A DNA stretch of 64,000 bases from an uncultured Planctomycetia bacterium (lineage in GTDB: Bacteria; Omnitrophota; Gorgyraeia; Tantalellales; Tantalellaceae), in the NCBI GenBank assembly GCA_964527765.1, contig CAZGQR010000004.1, forward strand, positions 64,083-128,082, written 5' to 3'. The position numbers and the translations under genes were made by a program. Each line of letters opens with the position of its first letter. Position 1 is the stretch's first letter. The notes under the pieces were generated by a model. That model was not told the DNA's origin, searched no databases, and was given only the letters and a program-made list of their open reading frames with translations. Below, in pieces: positions 47,284-56,049 of this stretch.

Positions 47284-48240
47284 ATGTCTGGATTCGAGAT
47301 AGAAAGAAAAGCGTTCACCAAAAATCTGGCTTTGATAACCGGGCTTACAAGGTCCGGAAAGTCTATGCTGGGCCCGATAGTTTCCAGTTTCGAAGGTGCT
47401 GAAAACGTAAGACTTAACTATCTCATGGAATTGGTCCCTCCCATGAATAAGATAGAGCTGATAACGGAGGATGTCGCAATTTATCTCATGAGGCATGCTG
47501 TTGATTTCATGCTGTATGACAATATGATAGGACGGAATTCAAATTTTCGGCCTTCGGATTATACGAGCATATGGAGGACAAAGAACCCCGCTAAGTATTT
47601 TCAGCGCTTATTCAGAAAAGAAGGCGATCTTGTTTTTGACGAATTAATGGAAAAAAATATCATTTTTGTTTTGATGTTCCACAATGGACCGTGGTTTGCG
47701 GATATTTTATTCAAAGCTTTTCCGGACATGAAAATGCTGTATGTAAAAAGGAATCCCGTTGATGTGGTGTCCTCATGGTACAAGAAAGGGTATGGCACAG
47801 ATTTTTATGCGAAACCCAGAAACGGGCTTTTAACGATAAAATGGAAAGGCAGGACCCTGCCTTTTTATTCCGCGGGATGGGAGGAAGAATATTGTTCTTT
47901 GGGAGAAGTGGACAGGATCGTATTTACAATAAACAAGATCGAGATGAAATTTAAAGAAACATTGCATGGTCTTTCGGACGCGCAGCGCGAGAACATTATG
48001 GAAGTTTGCTTTGAGAGAATGGTCACAAAGCCGGATATGGTGATCCCTGAGGTCTGTAGATTTTTGGGCACAAATGAGACCGCATACACGCCCAGGGTCC
48101 TTAAGCAGGAGCTTTGTCCGCGGGTTCTTCGCGAAAAAGATCAGGAGGAAAAGTTCAATAAGATCAAGGAAAATTGTTCGTCGAAAGCCGCGGATCTGTT
48201 GGGAGCCATGGTTAAAGGATATAAAGATAACGCAGGATAA
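47284..48240 (+). CDS. Sulfotransferase-fold protein with PAPS-type 5'-PSB and 3'-PB motifs
   Basis: 5'-PSB ITGLTRSGKSMLGPIV. Classical 3'-PB YVKRNPVDVVSSWY. GGGGAG RBS. Confidence 0.7.
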   Translation: MSGFEIERKAFTKNLALITGLTRSGKSMLGPIVSSFEGAENVRLNYLMELVPPMNKIELITEDVAIYLMRHAVDFMLYDNMIGRNSNFRPSDYTSIWRTKNPAKYFQRLFRKEGDLVFDELMEKNIIFVLMFHNGPWFADILFKAFPDMKMLYVKRNPVDVVSSWYKKGYGTDFYAKPRNGLLTIKWKGRTLPFYSAGWEEEYCSLGEVDRIVFTINKIEMKFKETLHGLSDAQRENIMEVCFERMVTKPDMVIPEVCRFLGTNETAYTPRVLKQELCPRVLREKDQEEKFNKIKENCSSKAADLLGAMVKGYKDNAG

Positions 48241-48243
48241 TGC

Positions 48244-50160
48244 ATGAAGTACTGTTTGATAGAAAAATGGCACGCTGATTATTCTCTTCCCAGGGAGTGT
48301 AAAGTCGTGCCTTTGACCACTGAAGCGAGTGATTCGCTTGAGAAATGCGGCGTTGATTATGTGACGTTCCAGGAGTATTTTTCATCGGGCGAGGTTCGCG
48401 GCGACACGGACGGTTATCTTGATTCTCAGCGGGTATGGTTCCGGGAATTTGACCGGTTTGTTTGGAGCGTTTTTCCCGAAGCGGAAAAAATGAAGGTCCG
48501 GTTACCCTCGCTTTACTTTTACAATATAAAACACCTGGTAGATTGCGCCGTGCTGACCGCAAGGATCATCAATAAGTTTCTGGATGTTGTCAAACCGGAT
48601 AAGGTCTGGTTCATCCCGAAGATCCGCGGCAGCGGCAAAATGCATCGGTGGTACTGGTATTCTTTCGACAGAAGTGCCTTCGCGCATTTATTGGAGCCGC
48701 TTTGCCGGAAAAGGGGGATTGCATTCGAAGAGTTGTATGCCGACCAAGAGCAGCCCCCGACGCTAAAAGAAGACACGGTGAAACCCTTCGCTGGAATAAT
48801 GAAAGTTAAAGGCTTGTTCACATCCAGGATCAGAGGTTTTCTTAAAACGGCCAGGGAAGTATGTGCGCAATATCCATATTTTGTTTTCTTTTCGAAACAT
48901 AAAAAAGGCAGCATCCTGGTCGTGAACGTCAAAAATTATCTTTATGACTTTTGCCGAGATTGTCGCAAGAACGGATTCAGCGTGTTCCTGAAAAACGGAG
49001 ATTATGTGCGTAAGCCCTCCTTATTCCCGGCAAAAGAAAAGATCGGTCCGGGAAAAAGCAGCGGCGCGAAATACCCGAACGGTCCTGACAAAGATTCTGT
49101 TATGGATGGTTTCATCCGCAGTGGCGTCATGGACTGGATAAACGAACGGTGTGGACTGGACGTTTCTTCCATGATGTATCCAAGATTTAAATATGTTTTG
49201 TGCGATGTTTTTCCAGAAACACTGAGCTGTATAAAGAGTTTTGTCGATTTTTACAACAGGAATAATATAGATTTTGTTGTTAATTATTCCCTTTCTTCAG
49301 AGGATGAGTTTGCTGCTGCAGCTGCCGCGGCGATCAGCGATTCCACGAAAAGCGTTGGTTTTAGCCATGGCACCGATGCTTATGAGGCAAAACCCAGATT
49401 TTTTCTGGAATACAACCACTATGATTTCTATTTCGTGAATACGAAAGCAGAGGCGGACCACATAAAAGGCCTGGCCGATGGGTATGGTTTTTCAAAGCCT
49501 TCAGCGCATGAATACCCGTATTTCCGGAAACGCTTTTCCCGGATAGCTGAAAAAAGAAGCCGGGCAGAACGACTGAAAAAGACGCGTAAACAAGATAAGC
49601 CGATCGTTCTTTTTGCTCCCGTGATGCGCACAGAGAGGATGCATATGCCCATTGTGAATACTCAGCCACTTCAATGGGATTATTTCAGGTGGCATTACGC
49701 TCTTATTGACTATTTTGCGTCAAGATCCGATTTCAGGTTCGTATGGAAGGCGCTTTTACAGCCCTTGGGTTTCGGGGATACTATCCGTGATCTTTTGCAG
49801 GACAAGCGCTATGGGAACATCAGTTTCAGTTCCGATAAGTTAAGCGAATGGATGATCGCCGCTGACAGAATATTGTGCGATGTTCCCGGAGGGGCGTTTT
49901 ATGAAAGCATTTTCAGCGGGATACCGACGCTGGCTTTTTACCGTCCGAAAGACCAGGAACTCCGCAAGGATGCTTATCATGTTTTCGGCCCGAGTTTACA
50001 GCCATATTCGACCATTGAAGATGGGATCAAAGCGGTTGAGGATTTTCTGGACAGCGCTCCCAAAAGATATATTGTTACAATCCCTCAAGAGCGATCGTCC
50101 GTGCCCGGTATTCTTATGAATGGCGTTCAAGAAAGGCAAGATCATGTCGGAAGAATATAA
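48244..50160 (+). CDS. Hypothetical 638-aa protein with TagF-like (CDP-alcohol phosphotransferase-like) C-terminal pattern
   Basis: PIVLFAPVMRTER (compare TagF KVILYAPTWRD) and IAADRILCDVPGGAFYESIFSGIPTLAFYRP (compare TagF SDILITDYSSVMFDFA..KPIIFY). Same architecture and length as the 20992-22917 protein. Confidence 0.4.
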   Translation: MKYCLIEKWHADYSLPRECKVVPLTTEASDSLEKCGVDYVTFQEYFSSGEVRGDTDGYLDSQRVWFREFDRFVWSVFPEAEKMKVRLPSLYFYNIKHLVDCAVLTARIINKFLDVVKPDKVWFIPKIRGSGKMHRWYWYSFDRSAFAHLLEPLCRKRGIAFEELYADQEQPPTLKEDTVKPFAGIMKVKGLFTSRIRGFLKTAREVCAQYPYFVFFSKHKKGSILVVNVKNYLYDFCRDCRKNGFSVFLKNGDYVRKPSLFPAKEKIGPGKSSGAKYPNGPDKDSVMDGFIRSGVMDWINERCGLDVSSMMYPRFKYVLCDVFPETLSCIKSFVDFYNRNNIDFVVNYSLSSEDEFAAAAAAAISDSTKSVGFSHGTDAYEAKPRFFLEYNHYDFYFVNTKAEADHIKGLADGYGFSKPSAHEYPYFRKRFSRIAEKRSRAERLKKTRKQDKPIVLFAPVMRTERMHMPIVNTQPLQWDYFRWHYALIDYFASRSDFRFVWKALLQPLGFGDTIRDLLQDKRYGNISFSSDKLSEWMIAADRILCDVPGGAFYESIFSGIPTLAFYRPKDQELRKDAYHVFGPSLQPYSTIEDGIKAVEDFLDSAPKRYIVTIPQERSSVPGILMNGVQERQDHVGRI

Positions 50161-50866
50161 ATATTTCAAGAACCAATATCTTGACGACATCAGGGAAAAC
50201 TATTTCAAACCCGTGCTCGATGATGTTTTCAAAAAATACGGGAAGAACATAAAGGTCATGGGGGATGTAGGTTGTGGTAACGGCATATTCAGCACTTATT
50301 TGAAGAGAGAACGCGAAATAACGCTGTGCGGGTTTGACGCCAGCGAGTACGCCCTTGAATGTGCGCTGCGGAAGGGCATGGACAAAGTCTTCTTGAACGA
50401 GGATTTCAGCACGCGGGCGTTGCAGGTAAACGATGCTTATTTTGATTTTGTCCTTAATAAAGATGTCCTGGAACATCTCATGGATCCGGAATTCTTGATA
50501 AAGGAGATCGCCAGGGTGTTAAAACCCGATGGGCTGTTTCTTTTGCACGTTCCCAATGATTTTAACCTGTGGAAGAGGATCCAGTTTGTTTTTTCCAACA
50601 GTATCGATACGTACAGCTATTGCCCCGGCGCGAAGCAGTGGAACTGGCCACACATACGTTTTTTTACGTTTGAAGGCATAAAAGAACTGTTGCACATGCA
50701 TGGTTTTGAGATCATAGAGAATTACAGCTCTTTTTTTGCTCATCGACTTTCGAAAATACACAGGATCCCGGGATATATGCCGGTAGCCAGGTTGCTCGCC
50801 GGCAGATATCCGTCGCACTTCTCTCAGGCGGTGAGCGTTTTAACGAAGAGGGGAAAAAAAGCATGA
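50144..50866 (+). CDS. Class I SAM-dependent methyltransferase
   Basis: Motif I VMGDVGCGNGIFSTYL. FDFVLNKDVLEHL. Start at ATG 50144 preferred over 50120. Confidence 0.65.
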   Translation: MSEEYKYFKNQYLDDIRENYFKPVLDDVFKKYGKNIKVMGDVGCGNGIFSTYLKREREITLCGFDASEYALECALRKGMDKVFLNEDFSTRALQVNDAYFDFVLNKDVLEHLMDPEFLIKEIARVLKPDGLFLLHVPNDFNLWKRIQFVFSNSIDTYSYCPGAKQWNWPHIRFFTFEGIKELLHMHGFEIIENYSSFFAHRLSKIHRIPGYMPVARLLAGRYPSHFSQAVSVLTKRGKKA

Positions 50867-52800
50867 GAAACGAAAGTTCAAATACATCGAAAAGGTCCGC
50901 GGATGTCGTTTTGCTGCAGTTGCCCTTTTGGGGGGTAGGGTGCCCGCCTCTGGGGCCGGCGCTTTTGAAAAGCTACCTGGCGCAAAACGGCATTTCCTGC
51001 AAAGTATTCGATATCAACGCGCATGCCTACTCTATACGGGGCAAAAGATATTTCGACTGGTGGGAATTGAAGAACGGATATTATTTTTTTCAGGGCGACG
51101 AGGGGAAAATGCTTGAGTATTACCGTGATAACAGGGCGTTATTCCTTTTTTATATAGGTGAGATCATCAAGCTGAGCCCGAAGGTCGTCGGGTGCTCATG
51201 TCATAATACTTCCATCACGTTGAGTAAAATATTTCTGGGGGAATTGAAGAACTACTTGCCGAATTGTAAATATATCCTTGGAGGACCGGAAGTTGCCGGA
51301 TTTATGAATAATGCGGACCAGCTCTTGTCGGAGGATTATATTGACGCCGTGGCGCTTGATGAGGGTGAGAAGAGCCTCGTTGGCTATTTCCGGGGCCTGG
51401 AGGAGGATTCCGAAGGCCCCATACCCGGTCTTGTGTACAAGAAAGACGGACGTATCATCGAAGGCGGGGAGGTCGATATTATCGGGGACCTGGATGAGCT
51501 TCCCTTTCCCGATTTCAGCGAATTTAACCTTGAGCATTATTATAAACCGAACTCATTGCCAAGTTATACCTCCAGGGGATGCGTGAACAGATGCATATAT
51601 TGCAGCGGCAGGACTTACATGAAGCGCTTCAGGAATCGGTCCGGTAAGAGGATATTCGAGGAATTCAAATATCTGAAAGAACATTATCCCGAGGCCGACT
51701 ATATAAGACTGTGTGATAATGTCTCCAACGGCGATATCAAAAAGCTGGAATCGCTGTGTGACCATTTAACGGAGGCGGACCTGGGTATAAGTTGGACGCT
51801 GGATAATGCCGTTATTCGCAAAGAAATGAGAGCGCCGCTTTATAAAAAACTAAAGAAAGCGGGATGCACGCTGATAGGTTACGGTTTGGAAACGCCGTGT
51901 CACAGGATACTCGAGAACATAGGCAAGCATTTTTCGAGGGGGGTTGATTTTGTAAAAGTGTTCAAAGAGGGCAAAAAGGCCGGGATATATATAAGCGTTA
52001 ATGTGATGTTCGGCTTGCCGGGGGAAACGGAAGAAGATTTCAGGTATATGATCAATTTTGTGGTAAAGAACAGACGCGCGTTTAACATGCTGAACCCGTC
52101 CCTGACTTTTTGCGAATTTTATCCCGGTTCAGCAGGGTATGACGAACCGGGAAGGTTCGACCTGGATATGGCCAAGGGAAGCCTTTTTTGGGAGTCCGTC
52201 GATGGGGCCAATAACTATCTCGTAAGGATGAGGCGTTTTGAGGAATTTTGCAAGGTTCTGAACAAATATAAATATGACACTCTTTTTTATGTCAAGGAGC
52301 TTCCGAATAAGCATGCCCTTTTATTTGAATATTATTTCATAAGCAATGAGTACGATAAAGCCATGGAGCATTACGGGAAAATACCGCTCGATCAGATCAA
52401 TGCCAAGGTAAAAGAGATATACCGCAAGATCAACGGCAAAAGCGTGCCGGGAACCGGGGAAAAGAAACTGCGATTAAGCGACTTTATAGAGAAAGATAAA
52501 ACGTTCGAAGAATCATTTTTGGAGGTTTCTTTGGCCGAGGCCATAGAACAGTTGCAAAAGACGGACGTATTTGAACTCGGCCCCAAAAAGGCGTGGAAGC
52601 GGAAGTTGCGCTCCTTTGCACATCGCGTAATAGGTTATGACAGGATCGAGGAAAGGGTCAGCAGCGTTTATTCCATGATGAAACTTATTGACGCCAAAAT
52701 AAACTGTTATGCGGCCGCCGCGTACAGCCACAAAAATGGAATAGGCGAAGAAGAAAAGATTGAAGTAAAAAATCAAAGGATGCGTGGATTGACCGGATGA
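50863..52800 (+). CDS. B12-binding domain radical SAM enzyme (second copy)
   Basis: N-terminal B12-binding-like VVLLQLPFWGVGCPPLGPALLKSYLAQNGISCKVFDIN. SRGCVNRCIYCSG CX3CX2C motif. ATGA overlap with the upstream gene. Confidence 0.75.
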   Translation: MRNESSNTSKRSADVVLLQLPFWGVGCPPLGPALLKSYLAQNGISCKVFDINAHAYSIRGKRYFDWWELKNGYYFFQGDEGKMLEYYRDNRALFLFYIGEIIKLSPKVVGCSCHNTSITLSKIFLGELKNYLPNCKYILGGPEVAGFMNNADQLLSEDYIDAVALDEGEKSLVGYFRGLEEDSEGPIPGLVYKKDGRIIEGGEVDIIGDLDELPFPDFSEFNLEHYYKPNSLPSYTSRGCVNRCIYCSGRTYMKRFRNRSGKRIFEEFKYLKEHYPEADYIRLCDNVSNGDIKKLESLCDHLTEADLGISWTLDNAVIRKEMRAPLYKKLKKAGCTLIGYGLETPCHRILENIGKHFSRGVDFVKVFKEGKKAGIYISVNVMFGLPGETEEDFRYMINFVVKNRRAFNMLNPSLTFCEFYPGSAGYDEPGRFDLDMAKGSLFWESVDGANNYLVRMRRFEEFCKVLNKYKYDTLFYVKELPNKHALLFEYYFISNEYDKAMEHYGKIPLDQINAKVKEIYRKINGKSVPGTGEKKLRLSDFIEKDKTFEESFLEVSLAEAIEQLQKTDVFELGPKKAWKRKLRSFAHRVIGYDRIEERVSSVYSMMKLIDAKINCYAAAAYSHKNGIGEEEKIEVKNQRMRGLTG

Positions 52801-54140
52801 AGATCGTTCATTTTACCCATAACGTTATCGACGGCGCAGGAAAGGCGGCGTATCGATTGCACAAGGCGCTGCAGCGGGAAGAAGGCCTGGAATCTTTGAT
52901 GCTGGTCTGCAGGAAGGGACATGGGGACGATTCGGTCATCCAGGTCTGCAACACTCTTTTTACGGACAGGCCCGGTTTAGCCGGGCTCGGCGAAGACGTT
53001 TTCAGGAAATTCTTCAGAGCTATCCCGTATATCTGCAGGCAGGTTTACTGGAAGATGAAGAGGCGCAAATGGAAACCGCTGACGCTTTTTAATTTCAATA
53101 TTCCGTATATTTCCATGCGGAGGATAAAGAAATATCTGTGCGGCGTCGATATTATTTGCCTGCATTCGGTCCAGTCATTTTTATCCCCGGGACTGATCAG
53201 GGACATTCACAGGTTCTGCCGGGCGCCCGTGGTATGGACTTTGATGGATGTTGAACCTTTGACCGGCGGATGTCATTTTAGCGGAGAGTGCAGAGGTTTT
53301 GCGGGATCCTGCGGCAATTGCCCGCAGCTCGCCGTGCGGGGAGAAAATGACATCTCAAGACGCATATGGAAGGAAAAACGCGAATATTTCAGGGATGTCC
53401 CGCTTACTTTCGTAGCCGCCTCTTCCTGGGTCCGTGAGCATATCGCGGACAGTTCATTGTTCGGCTCCAGACGGATAGAAAAGATATTCCTTGGCGCGGA
53501 TCGCAGTATTTTTGAGAGAGTGCATAAAAAAGCGGCACGCGAGATACTTGGCCTGCCGGAAGAAAGCAGGATCATCCTTTTCGGGTGTTTTGACCTCGAT
53601 GATCGGCGAAAGGGAGCGGATCACCTGGAACGGTCCCTGAGCGTCCTGCCCCGGAAGATCTTGCCCGGTCACAGGGAGCTGTTTGATCAGGTAGTTCTTG
53701 TTACTTTCGGCAGGACGGACGGACGCACCTTTTCAGGAATACCGTTCAAATGGATACATCTCGGGGAATTGAGAGACGACAGGCTTATCGCGCTTTCGTA
53801 TCAGGCCGCGGATGTTCTGGCGTGTCCGTCTATTGATGATTTTGGACCGATGATAGTGAATGAGGCGTTCATGTGCGATCTGCCCGTGGTTGCTTTTGAC
53901 CGCGGGGTAGCTCCGGATCTGGTAAAAACAGCCGGATCCGGTTATATAGCCAGAAGATACGATACCGATGATTTCAGTTCGGGCATATTGAAGTGTCTGT
54001 CGGAGGAAGAGAATGGGGCGGCTACCGACGAGATCCTGCGTTTAAAAGAGATGTGCAGAACGGACTTTCAGGCGCGGCAGTACGCGAGACTTTTTGAAAA
54101 ACTTCTAAGCGAAAAAAGCGATAAAAAAGGAGTTTTATGA
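52797..54140 (+). CDS. GT4-family glycosyltransferase
   Basis: GT-B N-terminal MKIVHFTHNVIDGAGKAAYRLHKAL. EX7E-like NEAFMCDLPVVAFDRG. Confidence 0.7.
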   Translation: MKIVHFTHNVIDGAGKAAYRLHKALQREEGLESLMLVCRKGHGDDSVIQVCNTLFTDRPGLAGLGEDVFRKFFRAIPYICRQVYWKMKRRKWKPLTLFNFNIPYISMRRIKKYLCGVDIICLHSVQSFLSPGLIRDIHRFCRAPVVWTLMDVEPLTGGCHFSGECRGFAGSCGNCPQLAVRGENDISRRIWKEKREYFRDVPLTFVAASSWVREHIADSSLFGSRRIEKIFLGADRSIFERVHKKAAREILGLPEESRIILFGCFDLDDRRKGADHLERSLSVLPRKILPGHRELFDQVVLVTFGRTDGRTFSGIPFKWIHLGELRDDRLIALSYQAADVLACPSIDDFGPMIVNEAFMCDLPVVAFDRGVAPDLVKTAGSGYIARRYDTDDFSSGILKCLSEEENGAATDEILRLKEMCRTDFQARQYARLFEKLLSEKSDKKGVL

Positions 54141-54973
54141 AAAAAAATAAAAGGTCGAGAATATATCTCAATAACGAGATAGGTAGGGATGAGCTGGAAA
54201 AAATGCTGAGCAATCACGCTTTCTGGGAAAATAGCGCAGAAAGATTTGCTTCTTCCAGCAAGGTTTCCTGGGGGGACAGGAACGCGATGAAGCTTGAGAT
54301 CGGCAATATCTCGGGATATATCGTTCATGGGGATCTTGTCCTTGACGCCGGTTGTTCGAACGGGTTTTCTACTTTTGAAATAGCGAAGGATAAAGACATC
54401 AGGATCAGGGCTTTTGATTACAGCGAGAAAGCCATACGTATCGCCAGGGGGGAACAGCCCGCCAAGGACCCCCATGGGAAAATAACATTCTACTGCGGCA
54501 ATATCCTTAATATAGGGGAAAAGGACGCCGTTTTTGATGCTGCCTATACTATAAGGGTCCTGATCAACCTGCCGACGTGGGAGAGGCAGAAAGAGGCTAT
54601 CCTGGAGATACATAGGGTATTAAAACGCGGGGGGCTCTATCTCATGTCGGAGGCATTTTCGGGCAGCCTGAAAAAACTGAATACGCTCCGCGGCATGGCC
54701 AGCATGAAACCGCTGGGTGTGCATGAATTCAACCTGTACCTGGAAGAGCAAAAGCTTGAAAGTTTTGTTAAACGACATTTTGATGTAGTCGCCATAAAGA
54801 GGTTTTCCAGCGCGTATTATGTCGCTTCCAGATTTTTGCGTTACCTGACGATGGAAAAAGGCGATGAGGATTCTTACGATAATGAGATCAATAATCTGTT
54901 CGTTAAATATCCGGAAACGTCGAATTCCGGGGATTTCGGCATTCAAAAACTCTATGTCTTGAAAAGGAAATGA
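54137..54973 (+). CDS. Class I SAM-dependent methyltransferase
   Basis: Motif I VLDAGCSNGFSTFEIA. Acidic residue AFDYSEKA. Confidence 0.6.
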   Translation: MKKNKRSRIYLNNEIGRDELEKMLSNHAFWENSAERFASSSKVSWGDRNAMKLEIGNISGYIVHGDLVLDAGCSNGFSTFEIAKDKDIRIRAFDYSEKAIRIARGEQPAKDPHGKITFYCGNILNIGEKDAVFDAAYTIRVLINLPTWERQKEAILEIHRVLKRGGLYLMSEAFSGSLKKLNTLRGMASMKPLGVHEFNLYLEEQKLESFVKRHFDVVAIKRFSSAYYVASRFLRYLTMEKGDEDSYDNEINNLFVKYPETSNSGDFGIQKLYVLKRK

Positions 54974-56010
54974 TCATGAAAAAAACCATTTTACTCACGG
55001 GCGCTGCCGGATTTATCGGAAGCAACTTACTGGACCACCTATTCAATAAGTACCGAGACTATCGCTTTTTAGTGCTGGATTCATTGACGTACGCGGGTAA
55101 TCAAAAGAACATTTCCGCGCATATACAGGATTCGGAGCGATTTGAGTTTTGGTACGGGGATGTCGCGAACCCGTATATCGTGGAAGAGCTGATGAAAAGA
55201 GCCGATCTTGTGGTGCATCTGGCGGCGGAAACCCATGTCGCCCGGTCGATCTTCGACAATTCCAAGTTTTTTCATACCGATGTGATAGGAACGCAGGTCC
55301 TGATGAATGCGCTGCTTAAGTGCAAACAGGTGGATAGGTTTATCCACGTATCCTCGTCGGAGGTGTACGGAACGGCCCTGACCGACCCGATGACGGAGGA
55401 ACACCGGCTTGATCCCCGGTCTCCTTATGCCGGCGCCAAGGCCGGAGCTGACAGGCTGGTATACTCGTATTGCTGTACTTATCCGAACCTGCCCGTGGTG
55501 ATAATCCGTCCGTTCAATAATTATGGTGCGCGGCAGCATTTGGAAAAAATGACGCCGCGTTTTATCACTAGCACACTGAAAGGCGTACCGCTGAAAATTC
55601 ATGGCGACGGCAGCGCAAAACGCGACTGGATATATGTCGGGGACAATTGTGAGGCCATCGACAGAGTCTTGCATATGAAGGATTTCGGCAAGATCAGGCA
55701 TCAGGTCCTTAATGTGGGGACCGGCAAAGCCACAAGCGTGCTGGAGATGGCGAAGCTGGTTTTAAAGATCATGGGAAAGCCCGAAAGTCAGATACGGTTC
55801 ATAGGGGACCGGCCGGGTCAGGTCGAACTTCACGTGGCTTCCACGCGGAAAGCGAAGGAATTGATCGACTGGAAATCGGAAACAACGCTGGAAGAAGGCA
55901 TGAGAAAAACGATCAAGTGGTATGCGGAGAATGAGGCATGGTGGAAAGAGCTGGAATGGATGAAAGAGGTCCCCATACATACCGCTAACGGGAATGTTGA
56001 GATGCATTGA
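54970..56010 (+). CDS. rfbB: dTDP-glucose 4,6-dehydratase
   Basis: ILLTGAAGFIGSNLLDHL...VLDSLTYAGN, SSSEVYG, and YAGAKAGAD (YxxxK) match RmlB. Confidence 0.85.
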   Translation: MIMKKTILLTGAAGFIGSNLLDHLFNKYRDYRFLVLDSLTYAGNQKNISAHIQDSERFEFWYGDVANPYIVEELMKRADLVVHLAAETHVARSIFDNSKFFHTDVIGTQVLMNALLKCKQVDRFIHVSSSEVYGTALTDPMTEEHRLDPRSPYAGAKAGADRLVYSYCCTYPNLPVVIIRPFNNYGARQHLEKMTPRFITSTLKGVPLKIHGDGSAKRDWIYVGDNCEAIDRVLHMKDFGKIRHQVLNVGTGKATSVLEMAKLVLKIMGKPESQIRFIGDRPGQVELHVASTRKAKELIDWKSETTLEEGMRKTIKWYAENEAWWKELEWMKEVPIHTANGNVEMH

Positions 56011-56049
56011 TTCTGTTTCAGTGGCTAAGGAAAGGGTTTTGGAGGATAT

